From Catajapyx aquilonaris (taxonomy: Eukaryota): a stretch of 64,000 nt of DNA. Numbering within the stretch: the stretch's first letter is position 1; every line of letters begins with the position of its first letter. The notes beneath the pieces were generated by a model. The model was not told the DNA's origin. It saw nothing but the letters and a program-made list of their open reading frames with translations, and did not search any database. The translations under genes and the position numbers were made by a program. The DNA is taken from positions 1 to 64,000 of the forward strand of contig KZ538496.1 in the NCBI GenBank assembly GCA_000934665.2, read 5' to 3'. Positions 12,532 through 31,018 of this stretch are shown piece by piece.

Positions 12532-15500
12532 ATGGCTTCCGTTGGAGAGGACGTGGGCATACCCGCCCTGGTCTACAAGTATCTCAAAGAGCGATGCGGC
12601 GATCTGGCAGACACGTTCAGGAAGAAAACCAACGCGGTGAGTTTATTCTTAGGCCTAATCTGGCACGTGGCCCCCCACCCTGATTGTGGCCCCAGGGGCG
12701 GCCACGGGGGCGACGACCAAGCCTATTGGAAGGGTAGCAGACACTTCAATAGAGAGGCCTGCATTGTTGCAAGGAGCTAACAATGCGGGAAGGATATTAC
12801 AAATATGAACGATTTTGATGCTCAATTCCGCTGCAAAAGCCAGGAAAAATCGAGCATAAAGCCCACTGTAGTACATGGAGCAAACGATAGAAGCAATATA
12901 TTTTCATTTAGATATTTTAACCGCATAATCACGCTGACTTGGTTTGCCTTGTTCATGTTCAAACTTGCAAATGGATCTTTGGACCAGCGGTGCTTATCTC
13001 ATACAGCAACGGTTATCAGTGTTGCAAGTTTGTTTTACCACATTGTGTGTTTAATGTTTCAGACTGAATTAACCAATGGTTCGCCTAGTATACAGGATGT
13101 CTACAAGTTCTACCAGTCGTAAGTATTGGCTCCTTGGTGCTTGCGGCGGTGTTGTAACGACATGATGCTTTTGCAGGAACTCACCAAAGAAGCGCCGGTT
13201 GTCGCAGGAATATATCCAGAAGACCAAGAAGGCGAAGAAGGAAGAATCCAGCTCTGACTCAGATTCCAGCGATGAGGAGCCTAAAAAGAAGGCCATGAAC
13301 GGACCTGCAAAGGTTACACCGAAAGTAACGCCGAAAGCAAACGCCAAGAAGGCCGCTAAGAGCAGCAGCAGTTCAGACGAGGACGATGCACCGCCCAAGA
13401 AGGCTGCATCGCCGAAGAAAACTCCTGTCAAACCTGCCGCCACACCAAAGGCAGCAGCTAACTCTGCAAAGCGTCCATCTGCCAAGCAGGAAAGGTAGGG
13501 TTTTCGTGCGGTGGAGGAAAAGCAGGTTGCCAATGTGTGGAAAAAGTTGGCTTGCAATTATATGCAATTGAGTTTTAAGTGTTCTGAACTCAGTTTCTTT
13601 GACAGCAGTTCAGACGAGAGCGACTCGGAGGATGAGCCTCCAAAGAAGGTTCAGGCCAAGCCTGCACCACCGGTCGTGAAGACTCCGCAGAAGAAGCAGG
13701 CATCAGACTCCAGCGAAGAGGATTCAGACTCTGAAGACGACAAGCCCGCACCCAAGGCTACACCCAAGGCGGCACCTAAGGTGACTCCAAAGGCGTCGCC
13801 GAAGCCTGCACCAAAAGCCGCACCAAAAGAGTCGTCGGACGATTCATCTGACGATTCTTCAGATGAAGATGACAAGCCGGCTGCTAAGAAACCAGCCACG
13901 CCCGTTGCCAAGAAGCCTGTTGCCAAGAAGGAAGAATCGAGTAGCGATTCAGATGAAGATGACAAACCCAAGAAGGGTGTCGCCAAGGTGACTCCAAAGG
14001 CTGCAGTTGTAAAGGGAGCAACTCCTAAAGTGACACCAAAGGCTGCAGCCAAGAAGGGTAGTGACTCCAGCTCCGAGGAGTCGGACTCGGAAGATGACAA
14101 GCCTGCTGCGAAGGCCGCAGCCCCAAAGGTGACTCCAAAGGCCACCCCCAAGAAGGCGGAATCCAGCTCGGACGATAGCTCAGAGGAAGACGAGAAACCA
14201 GCGGCAAAGAAGGCGGCCACTCCTGCAAAGGCTCAGCCGAAGAAGGCAGCCGCAAAGGAGAGCAGCTCAGATTCTGATAGCTCGGATGAGCCACCACCGA
14301 AGAAGGCAGCCACTCCCAAGGCTGCAAAGAAGGCGGCTGCCAAGAAGGAATCGTCCTCGGAGGACTCTTCAGAGGAAGAGAAGCCCAAGGCTAAGAGTAA
14401 GTGTGCCGCGATTTTAACGTAGCATTGGTATCAGAGTAAGCTAATTGTCTTATTATTAGCTCCAGCCAAGAAGACGCCAGTAAAGAAGGAGAGTTCAGAC
14501 TCATCTGAAGATGAAGACGAGCCATCTGCAAAGAAGCCGAAGAAGGCCGCAATGAACGGATTCCAAGTAAAGAAGGTAATTGCAATATGGATTCCTTCAA
14601 TTTTTTTTTGGATGGGATGCCATGCTTTGTTATTGCTGCCCACAACCATTGTTCCGCTATTGACAATGGCTCGCACCCAATAGTCTGGAGGGAAACCTGA
14701 GCCATTCCGACGTGTGGTTGTCGAGGAGGTGGAGATCGACCCAAGGCTAGCCGACAACTCCTTTGACGCCAAGGTAACAATGTCGTAGCGTAGGTATGCC
14801 GATTAAACCCAGGCAAGAGTGGTGCAGCCTTCCTCATTGTTGGCCTCATCATTTCAGTCCGACACCACCCCCCCCTTTTTTGTTTTGTGGGCAGCAGCAG
14901 AGCATGGTTGTGTAACAATGTGCCATTTGGGATCAATAAATTAGTCCAAGCATGACAAGGGCTGCTTTTCTGTTTGTAGGATGAGGGCAACAATGAGGAG
15001 GAGGAAGAGGAAGGTGACGACAACCGCTCGCCCCGTGCTGGCTTCGGCTGGAAGGGAGGACGTGGTGGTGGCGGATTCAGGGGTGGACGAGGCGGAGGCG
15101 GCTTCAGGCGCGATTCTGATGGAGACGGCGGGTTCAGAGGAGGCCGCGGTGGTGGCGGATTCAGGGGCAACCGATTTGGTGGCGGAGACGATGAGGAAGG
15201 AGGTGGTGGCGGGTTCAGAGGGAGGGGAGGCGGCGGATTCAGGGGTGGACGAGGCGGTTTCGGAGATAGGAGAGGAGGAGGTGGTGGTTATGGAGACAGG
15301 CGTGGGGGCGGCGGTTTCAGAGGGAGGGGAGGAGGAGGCGGATTTGGTGACAGAAGGGGAGGTGGCGGTTTCGGAGGGAGAGGAGGCGGTGGTTTTGGTG
15401 GACGAGGCGGTGGTGGATTTGGCGGACGAGGAGGCGGATTCGGAGACAAGGGAGGCTTCAGTTCGGAAGGGACGGGTCAGAACAAAAAGACCACCTTCGA

Positions 15501-16001
15501 TGAATAGGTGAAAAATTATAGAAACTAAATTATGCCCGCTTTATGCCACCGGGCAGGTTTTAGCCGTGGACATGACAAAAAGAGTGGTTTTCACATTGAA
15601 ATGGTCCGTAATTTTACAACTAGACTTCTGGCCGACGTGTACGATGTCTGCGATGGCTCTTTTCCGCAAGCAGCGAATCGACCTGCGCTAAGATCTGCTC
15701 GGTGGCATTTACAAAGAGCACAACCTACATTATTTTTACATACACGTTAGACCTCTTGCCTGGGTTTCTTCAGCTGCGATTTTTACTGTGCTCACTTTTG
15801 ATTCATTGTTGCCATTTTTTGCTGTGTAAATATCATGAACAACAGAGAGGAGCCCGAGGTTCGTGGGGTGAGAAGGCGAACGAGTCCCTCCGGTTCGTCA
15901 AGGGGAAGAACTTCAGGCACGAGAAGACGAAGAAGAAGCGAGGAAGCTACAAGGGAGGGTACATTAGCACGGAGGTTAACTCAATCAAGTTTGACGACTG
16001 A
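12532..16001 (+). CDS. NOLC1: Nucleolar phosphoprotein Nopp140, SRP40-type ('True') C-terminus
   Basis: LisH-like N-terminus ([24 protein letters not shown]), alternating acidic-Ser and K/A/P repeats, SRP40_C split over exons 14684-14773 (PFRRV...[12 protein letters not shown]) and 15846-16001 ([11 protein letters not shown]...[20 protein letters not shown]...NSIKFDD*). Confidence 0.95.
14980..15507 (+). CDS. NOLC1: Alternative terminal exon of Nopp140 encoding an RGG/GAR tail
   Basis: tgtttgtag| phase-0 acceptor, then [39 protein letters not shown]...[10 protein letters not shown]; frame not shown in the supplied ORF track. Confidence 0.88.
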   Translation, partial: DEGNNEEEEEEGDDNRSPRAGFGWKGGRGGGGFRGGRGGGGFRRDSDGDGGFRGGRGGGGFRGNRFGGGDDEEGGGGGFRGRGGGGFRGGRGGFGDRRGGGGGYGDRRGGGGFRGRGGGGGFGDRRGGGGFGGRGGGGFGGRGGGGFGGRGGGFGDKGGFSSEGTGQNKKTTFDE

Positions 16002-16348
16002 AACACCATTATAATTTTATTTGTGCTCTTCATTATTTGGACTCCCATGTTTGTTTTTTTCTGTTCATTGACGGTTCCAGATCTACGAGGGACCACACGT
16101 TCACGTTTATTTTTATTTGACTCGAAAATGGCTGGTAGTTTTGATACTTGATAAGAACTGTTGCTTGTTTCTTGGGGGGTTTTGAGTGTTGTAAGGAATC
16201 ATGTAACGTTGGAAAACATTGTAAAAGGTTGCAATACACAACCTGTATGAAACATACCATGTGTTATTTAGGTTATGACCCTTCCCTAATCCAAAATCGT
16301 ATTCAGGTAAAAAAGCATTATAACATTTATTGACTAAAGGCCGTGACA

Positions 16349-18236
16349 CTAGTATGACCAGTCTGGCCCCATCCGCAGACAAAGCGGCGGAAACTGCACA
16401 ATGTCTTGAACCCACTGGGCGACCCTGAGCAATGTAAGGTCGTCCCCAAAGCGTCCGATGAGCTGGAGCCCTAAAGGTGTCCCTTCCTGGGACAGGCCTG
16501 TAGGCAGGGTGATGGCGGGAAGTCCAGCCATATTCACTGGCTGCGTACAGAAGTCTTCAACGGCAGTGTGCTGCCTCGAGTCCTTCTGCGAGAAGAGGGA
16601 GTGTCTGTGTGCCGAGCTTAAAGTGACGGGGGTCAACAGGACATCCGGAGCATCGTCGGCCTCAAACACACGCCGAAAGTCGTCCGAGATCAGCCTGCGA
16701 ACTCTCATTGCCTGAACGAAATACCTCCCGTAGTTGCTGTACCGGAAGGAAAAGATTATTGCTGGAGTACTTTTGCATAACATGCACGTGTGTTACCTTC
16801 TTAGAAGAAAGTAGTTTCCAGCGAGTATTCTTCCCCGCACAATATCGCCGAATCCCTGCGACCTAGTCGTGGCGTATAGAAGTTCAGTGGAGCCCCACAC
16901 ATCTTTGGCCCTGTGTCCGTACTTGAGCCCGTCGTACCTTGCCATGTTGCTTGCTACCTCGCACTGGTTCAGCACCGAGTAGCATGCAATGGAGTGTTCC
17001 GTGTGTGGCAGACTGACGCGCTTCAGCAGAGCTCCGTTGGATTCCAGGAGATCGGACACTCGGCTCCACTCTGAAACCACTTCGGGACTCAAGCCGTTGC
17101 AGTGGTACTCTTCGGGAATTCCCACATGGACCGGATCGGACGAATCTTTAGCGTCTACCACCGGTTCCCATGATGTGGAATCTAGTGTGTCTTGGCCTCT
17201 CAGGACATTGAAAATGGCTGCAACGTCCTCAACTGAGCGTCCGAATATTCCTGGTACGTCCAGCGAATTAACCAGTGGGATCAGGCCGTGTCTTGACAGG
17301 ATTCCGTACGTCGGCTTGTACCCAACCAGCCCACAGTACGATGCAGGGTTGCGTGTTGAACCGCCTGTGTCCGAACCCAAAGCCCTGTGGGTATCATTTC
17401 CCTTATTAGCAATTATTTTAATGAAATATTGATGACGACTGACCCAAAGCAAGATCCGGTCGCCACAGCAACAGCACTTCCTCCGGAGCTTCCACCAGCG
17501 ACAAACCAATCGCCATCTTCCAATCCACCAGTTTCTGCATTTAAAAAATTTGTGCCAATAATTGCACTTAACTTTCAAATGATATGCGCATTTACCAGCT
17601 TCTGAGTCTTTCAAGGCGTACGGAAGTCCGGAACGCCACACGTTTTTAGTAGGTCCGAATATGGAGTCCGTCGTCCCGTTTCTAGAGAGAAGAAAGTGGC
17701 TGTTAATGGACCAAGGATGCTGCTACGCTTCATCCTTACCCCATGGCAAACTCGTCCATGTTTGTCTTCCCGAGAATGACGGCCCCTGCGTCTTTCAGCT
17801 TTTGGACAACAGTCGCGTCGTAGGTCGGTACAAAGTTCTCCAGCATCCGTGATCCACACGTGGTGCGAACCCCCTTCGTGCAAAAGTTGTCCTTGATGGC
17901 CACCGGTACACCATCCAGAATACTTCTAGGTTTACCTGTAAGAAAGCTCCGTTACAAATATTGCTTTTTTTTATGTGCTTAATTATCACCATTTTGGTGC
18001 CTGATGTGGCTGTCCTCAGCCTGAGCCATGGCCGACTCTGAGTTGACGGTGACATATGCATTCAACGTCCTGGTGTCCTCGATCCTCCTGAAGCAAGAGG
18101 CCAACAACTCCACAGGAGACACGTGCCTCTTCTGCATCAGCCGCGATATCTACACAAGCAACAGGACAAGGGGTCATCAACCACTCAAAACGTGCCTATG
18201 GAAAGGCCCTACCTCCTTCAAAGTCATCACCAACAT
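16349..18236 (-). CDS. QRSL1: Glutamyl-tRNA(Gln) amidotransferase subunit A, mitochondrial (GatA)
   Basis: MLVMTLKE start, [21 protein letters not shown], amidase signature [12 protein letters not shown] and [41 protein letters not shown]. Confidence 0.96.
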
Positions 18237-18563
18237 TTTGTCCACACCATGTCACCAAAATGTCACTAAAATGTCTCAAAATTTGACCAATTTGTGATCA
18301 GCAAGCCGCCATGTTTGAAAATCGACCGTCATTTGTTCCTCATCAAAGTTACCAGACGAGTTATTAATTAAGCTAAATATTATAATTTTAAACTTTTAAT
18401 GTGCGAAGATGCTATATAAAAGTAAGTAAATTTCAGTAAAATTATGTTAATTAACTTTAATTATATGCATTCGCTAAGTGAAACGACCTGGCAACCCTGT
18501 TTCCCGAACAATAATGGCGGCCCCCAAGAAAGTGGCTGTGGAATGCTTTTCATAGCTTGGAAC

Positions 18564-20533
18564 ATGGCTTGGAAAATGAACAAGATCAGTAAGTTTTAGA
18601 CACATTAACGTGATTAATAATGTGTCATAATATGTTCTGTAATTGGCAGCATGTCGGGCCATCACCAGAGAGATTCCCCGACTGGTGCGTGCTCCGTACT
18701 CATCCGCTCCCGCTGGTCCGGTGGCTTCCGGACCTGCCCCGTCCGTCAAGGAGGCTCCTCTTCCTCCCCCTCCTCAGCGCATCCCGCATGGAAGGATCCC
18801 CCGTAAGATGCCAGCCTGGCAGATCCACGGGTACGGCACCTTCCAGCAGGAGCTGCAGCTGGCCTCAGAAGCAAGGGTGCCGGTCATCAGGAACCCAAAC
18901 GACGTGCTTGTAAAAATCCATGCCGCTTCGGTCAATCCAATTGACGTGAAGATGGTCGGTCAGTAGCATGCGTCAATTTATTTATAAAATACATCAGGCG
19001 CTTTACATTTCCCTTCTTGCAACAGGCGGATATGGTTCGAAGGCGCTGAACTTTCTTCGGCGGATTGACTCGGGTTTGGAGATGTCGGGTGTTCCGGAGT
19101 TCCCGCTGACATTGGGCCGTGACTTTTCTGGCGTCGTGGTGGGCAAAGGTCATGCGGTTGAGACTGTGGAAGTGGGTCAACCTGTCTGGGGCGTATCTGG
19201 ACCGCAGAGGCAGGGGACCCACGCAGGATACGTCCTCATCTCCTCTGACGGGGTCAGTTCCTATTAGAGCAGGAGGTCAAAAAATCATAAATGTGATTCG
19301 CTATGTACAACTTAATTGCGGACAGGTGACTCCAAGACCAACGAACCTGAGCGACATAGAGGCAGCGACCTTTCCCTATGCGGCACTCACAGCCTGGTCG
19401 GCGCTGCGACTGACCGGTGGGGTCAGCAAGGAAAGTGCTTCCAAGCAGCGGTTCCTTGTAATTGGTGCTTCTGGAGGGGTCGGCACCATTGTGGTCCAGA
19501 TCCTGCGGGCCTGGAAAGCACAGGTCATTAGTCCAACTCAATTAGTGGAAGCAGAAATAGAGTGTTACCTTGTTGATCCTTCCCAGGTGGTAGCAACATG
19601 CAGCTCGGATGCTGTGGAGCTGGTCTCATCCCTCGGTGCGGACAGAGTCGTGGACTACAAGCAGCCTGATGCCCAAGAGGCGCTCCTTGCAGACGGAAAG
19701 TGAGTCTTCAGCTGGGAAAGAAAATAGGAGAGTCGTTATCGTTTCTGCTTGCTGGAAGTGAAGGTTACGATTGTTAGAAGGGCTGGTTGGACAAATGAAA
19801 TGCGAGCAACGTAACACTCCCCTGATTTCTTGGCTGCTGCCATTCCCGTCAACTCTTATTGTGCTACAGTGTAACGGACACTGCTTCAGTTTAGGTTTAA
19901 TTCAACCTGCCTGTCGAGCCTTGCCATTGGGGAGTTTACCCAGAATTTTCTAGTGTATGACTGTCCTCGATGTTGTGTATCCTACCATTAGTTGTCCTCT
20001 GGTTGCCTTTTTCATCCTCCGCTCGTTTTAGATATGACCTGGTGCTTGACCTGAGCGGAAAGCTTGATCCCACCCGGCTTGACCTCCTGAAGGAAAAATC
20101 GATGGCAAAGTACGTCAGCCTGACCCACCCACTCCTTCACAACATGGATGGGTACGGGTTGGCCCTTGGACTATTCAAGAGCGCGTCTGAGGTGATCAAG
20201 CCCAACCTGTCCTACCTCACCAACGGAAAGAGCATGCGATGGGCCGTTTTCACTCCTAATCCCAAAGCGCTAAGGATTATCTGCAAGATGGTCTGCGAAA
20301 AGCAGGTGAGGAGCCAACTATCGAGTGAAACATCGCCATACATTCGTGATAGAAAAGTTCCTCTTGATGTGTAGCTCACACCAATGTTGTTGCCAGTATT
20401 TTGTTGACTGAAGTTTACTTTTCAGGTTAAGCCAGTGGTCGATAAGGTTTTCCCATTTGAAGAGACCCAAGCAGCTTACGAGAAGGTCAGCCAAGGTCAC
20501 GCTCGTGGGAAGACTGTCATTAACATGTCTTGA
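18564..20533 (+). CDS. RTN4IP1: Reticulon-4-interacting protein 1 (mitochondrial NAD(P)H oxidoreductase, MDR family)
   Basis: MPAWQIHGYG, VKIHAASVNPIDVKM, EFPLTLGRDFSGVVV, PYAALTAWSAL, GASGGVGT, GHARGKTVI; start ATG inferred from phase-compatible exon 1 (MAWKMNKIT). Confidence 0.93.
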
Positions 20534-22228
20534 ATAAAATAGTTCCTTTTCATATTTTGCCTACATATCGATTCCAGTTGATCTTTTTGGAGTGCTCCGT
20601 TGCCTACACTTCAACGTGTTAACGGGAGGGAGGAAAAAATTGATGGGGGGGGAAAGTAGGATTCAATCACTCACATGCTCACATGTTGGTTTTTTTTGTA
20701 GTCAAAAAATGGCAGCTAGTTGTAAGTTAAAATCGAGACCCATTTTTTAACAAATATTGGAACTGATGCGTAAGTACAGTCGCCAAGCGGCTAAAAATTT
20801 TGTGCCAAAAAAAAGGGCCTGAGATTTTCTGTGTTTTGCAACTACCTGCTGCATTCTTTTTCGCTTTCTGGTTTTATTGGCCTTCCATCAAGGCGAAAAA
20901 TCCAAACTACAAATTGGACACAATTCACTATGTAGTATCATAAAAATAATGATAATGATCACCAACTTTTTCACTACCATTGTTTACCAAAATTCCCTCT
21001 TTTGACAATTCATTGCGAGGGAAATGAAATATAGTAAAACGAGGACTATTAACCGAACAAACTGGATTTGGCTTGCCTGAATATGATCTAAACCAAGCGT
21101 TACACAGCTTCACGTGCAATTTAATACTCATAAATAAGCCCCGGTTGCCTTTTCAAGTTGACCGTACTTGCAAAAAGTGTGCTGGTTAAGATATGTTTTC
21201 TGGCAAACCCCAACCACCACAAAAAAAATAATATACAGCACAATGATAACATATAAATAATAATTAGGAAGTATTGCCCTCAAAACAAAAAGCATATTTT
21301 CAACACATACACACAGTACACGCACACACACAAGTGCCTTTAGGTCAACGGTTTTTTAGAAAATACTTTGATAATTATTTTTACGATTCAAGTGTGCTTC
21401 AACTGATGGCTTGCTGTAAACTGCAAGTAATTTCAGGCACTAATAAAAATATATGCTCACAGCAAATGTTACGTGAATTCCAGTGACTAACATTATTACC
21501 CACTGCTCACATAAATAAATTACTTTTCTAACAACTTTAAATTTGAACCACGATTCCTTGGTATTGCAAATTTGAAATTGGTGCCTCGCGACATGTAACT
21601 TCACATGATGATTAGATGCTCACCGGAGGAGTCAGAATGTACAAACAGGTGCAAATAAGATGTGCGATGCAAGTTGATGTACGGTAAGAACTTGCACGAT
21701 TCAGCTTATATGGTCATGTTTGCGAAGATCTGGCCGTAGTTACTTGTGCATGGATCTACAGTGAAAAACATTATTGGGCTTTAACACGGACCCAAATATT
21801 TGCCCCGAAACAATCTACCGAAAATCGCCACGAAAAGAAATCATCTTTCACGCATTTCACACATGCACACGTCACACATGAACAAAAAAAAAACCATTGT
21901 GGCCAACATCCACTCTAAAATAGCACTGGGTGTCCACAAAGTCATGCATCAAGTTTAAATTTTTTGCAATTTAAAATTACAGTGATTTTAAATAACTTTG
22001 CTAACACCCTTCAAAAGGTCAGGTTTAGCATTCAAATATTATATACGTAAATTGAAAGAAACAACTTGGTTAAATAAAAAATATAATAACAGAAAGGAAG
22101 GAGTCAGTAGACACTTACACACACGATTCCTGTCCTAACCAGAAAAATGTCTGTGTGAGGGAAGGATCTAAAGTCTCAAGTTTTGCGGAGGGGGAAGTTT
22201 GGGAAGTTCTTCGCTCAGGACTGACGTT

Positions 22229-28052
<5,824 letters not shown>

Positions 28053-29113
28053 CCTTCTGCGATGGAGGAGGGGAGTGCACGGCTCCAGGTCCTCTCACCA
28101 CGGAGGCAGCATCAGACGGCGGGTGGGCAGCCTACGGGCGGACCAGGGGCCGGGCACGGGGCAGAGCACCGAAGAGTGTGGGCGATGCCGACTGACCGAC
28201 CGGACCGATGGAACATGGAAGGAAAAGGAAGGAAGCCAAAAGGAGGAGGGAGGAGGAAGAGAGGTGGGGGGGGGGNGGGGAGGGAGGAGGGTGCAGGGAA
28301 GTACATCAAATGGCCGCCAGGTGGATCCACACATCACAATCGACGCCATGTTGGGACACATACGTCATTGCCTATCCGCGTTCCTATTGGTCGGGGGCTC
28401 CAACATGGCCGCGCCCTACATGCACTTCACTGTAATCAGAAAAGCTTATGGATATAATACGGTACGGTACTAGGAAAAAAGAATATGAAATATGACTTTC
28501 ATTCAATTTATATTTGACAAACTGTGGTGCTCACATTGTACGGAACACGTTCTCACATACGAAAAGTCGCAATCATAGCACCCTTACTTATTGAAATAAC
28601 AAAAACCATATTGCCTTGAATTTACGTACGTTGTCGCTTGAATGTTGCGATATCACAGCATGTCGTACAATATGTGAAACAACTTTTTGCCCCCAACGGC
28701 TTTCAACAATAAACAACATTACACACATGTCAATTGGCGCAGATAGGGACGCCACAAATTAACTCATTGTCACACTCGGGATGGTTAAAATGCCACCGAC
28801 ACTCATCCTTGACAGGTACAAAATAAAAAGACAATAAAACAAAAACACATGTGGAACTTAAAAGTTTGTCAAATCAACTCGAATTTTTCAAGACTAGAAG
28901 GATGTCGGTTCCACCAACAATCCTCAGAAGACTAGTGTTCGGGAAATATCCACATATTATGTGTATATTCCTTATGAAACACTTGTGGTGGAACATGGCA
29001 CTAAAACTGGTGACAATAAAACAGCATAAAATCAATAAATAAGTGAAACTGAAATCATGGATGGCCAACAACATACAAAATGTGACAATCCATAACGTAT
29101 GGTATACTGCACA

Positions 29114-30344
29114 TTAATGCCAATTAAATTTCTTGCTTCTCTTCCGTGACGAGAGTCGGGCTTCTGTCAGCAACTTCTGGATCTCCAATTGGACGATAAC
29201 AGACTTCTCCATGGCGAGGCTACCGAGCTGCACTGCCACCAACTGCCCAAACTTATCACATTCATGCTGCCGGTTGCTAGCAGAAGAGAAGCCATCATGC
29301 AAGACACGCTTCTTTGGATGGAAGCCACCACCATCACTGAAATCTGAAATGTTGCCGTGCGATCGCTTGATCCCTGACATTGGGCTTGATCCGTCAGACA
29401 CCACCTGAAATTATGACCAATAACTTATCTTACTCATTCTATTATAACCTGCTAAGCTGACTGTACTTCAAAAAATCATAATATTTGATTATTTTAATAG
29501 GGTGAATGCCCCTACCCTACCAACCCTGTAAGAGGTAGCAACTGCACTGTTATAAAAAATGAACTTACTGAATAAGTTCGACTGGGTGATGGCTTTGTGA
29601 CTTCAACAAGGCTCCAGCTAGTTTCTGGGGTGTCGGCATTCTCATCCTTAACCACAGCATGGTTCCTAAAACAGCAGCGCAATGTTAGGTACAATAGGCT
29701 TCAGACAACAATCAACAAGCTCACTCATTCAATGTTGATCGGCCTCTCCTGAGGACGAGGCTTGTACTGCTGGTTGCAGGTGCCGTGTAGTTGCCGCTGT
29801 CGATGGAAGTCCCTTCACTTTCTGTGGAACTTTCATCTCCTTTAAGAAAAAAGTAATATTAGTGCCCTGAATCCCAACGACAACAGCGGTATATCGTACC
29901 TTCAGTCTCATCGTCTGTTAAGTGATCACGCCCATGCACCTTATCCTTCAGAACTGCATCCAGCTGTTCCCAGTAGGTCCAAGTGGGTGCATCCGACCCT
30001 GCATTAAAATATAATTTCATCAGTTTTACGCAACAGGTCATTGACCGCTACGCTGGAATATTCCATAGAGGCAAATAGAGGTCAATGATAATGTAATAAA
30101 TACCTGGGTTGAGCCCCCTCTTGATCTTGGCATACTTTGACCTAAGGTTCTTGATCCTGTTCCTGCAGGACTGGTGGTCCCTGGAGACGAATCCTCTGGA
30201 GGACATCCTCATGGAGACCTTCCTCCAGACCATGTTGTGCTTCGTGGTCTTGAACCCCTCCTGGATCTCCACGGACGACCAGATGTTAATCAGTGCCCGG
30301 GTCTCGTCCTCCCCGAAAGACCTAACACCTCTGACCTTGCCCAT
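29114..30344 (-). CDS. Myb/SANT-like (trihelix, Myb_DNA-bind_4 type) DNA-binding protein
   Basis: FGEDETRALINIWSSVEIQ...VWRKVSMRMSSRGFVSRDHQSCRNRIKNLRSKYAKIK...WTYWEQLDAVL; C-terminal ECDKFGQLVAVQL...IVQLEIQKLL helix; multi-exon. Confidence 0.8.
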
Positions 30345-31018
30345 TTCGTCCCACAAAAGATAGAAAAATCAGGACGTCCAAAAAGGAACACTAGTCCGAC
30401 GCCATTTATCCTAGCCGCTAAAGGCAACCAGTGGCGCCATCAAATTGCAGTCATAATTAGTACTTCATAAAACGTAAAAATGATTAAAATTGTAAAATTA
30501 TAACGGGCAAATATTAAAATTGTAAAATTAGAATAATTTATGCCGACTGGCCAGTGCGCATGCGCGTTCCCGATCCAAGCCGGTAATTCAAAGATGGCGG
30601 ATTAACAGCGCTGCATTCAAGTCCGCCCCTGGTGTTCGCCCCTGGGTCCGCCCCTGGGTCCGCCCCGGTGTCCAAACAACGCTGCTTCTTTTTTACACCC
30701 TCCATTGTTGGCCCCGTGCAACCAGGGGCAACCGGCCGTTGCCTACGACTGGCTTGTTGACACGACTTGCAAACGTTCGACGAAAGCGACGGGGGTCATT
30801 GATCGGCGCCTCGTTCGAAATGTAAGGATAATAATAATTTCTCCCCCTGTTGTTCCATCCTCATCTAGTTGCAGATGAGGATCGTTTACCATGTTTAAAA
30901 AAACGAGTATGTGTGACCCGTTCTTGTCTCGCAACAGTCATAGGTTAGACTGGGCAGTGAGCGGAATTCCTTGGAACAAAACTCTCGCAAGACCCTTTCA
31001 AAATTCGATCTGGAACAT

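Noticed and set aside
14981..15511. 176 aa ORF in the supplied track
   Set aside because: Alternative-frame shadow of the RGG exon; the real frame starts at 14980 and stops at 15507.
30595..30820. ATG GCG GAT TAA in frame with a long open stretch upstream of CEP57 (stop read-through?)
   Set aside because: TAA is a poor read-through codon, the ATG is part of the common promoter motif, and the peptide is unrecognisable; probably 5' UTR.
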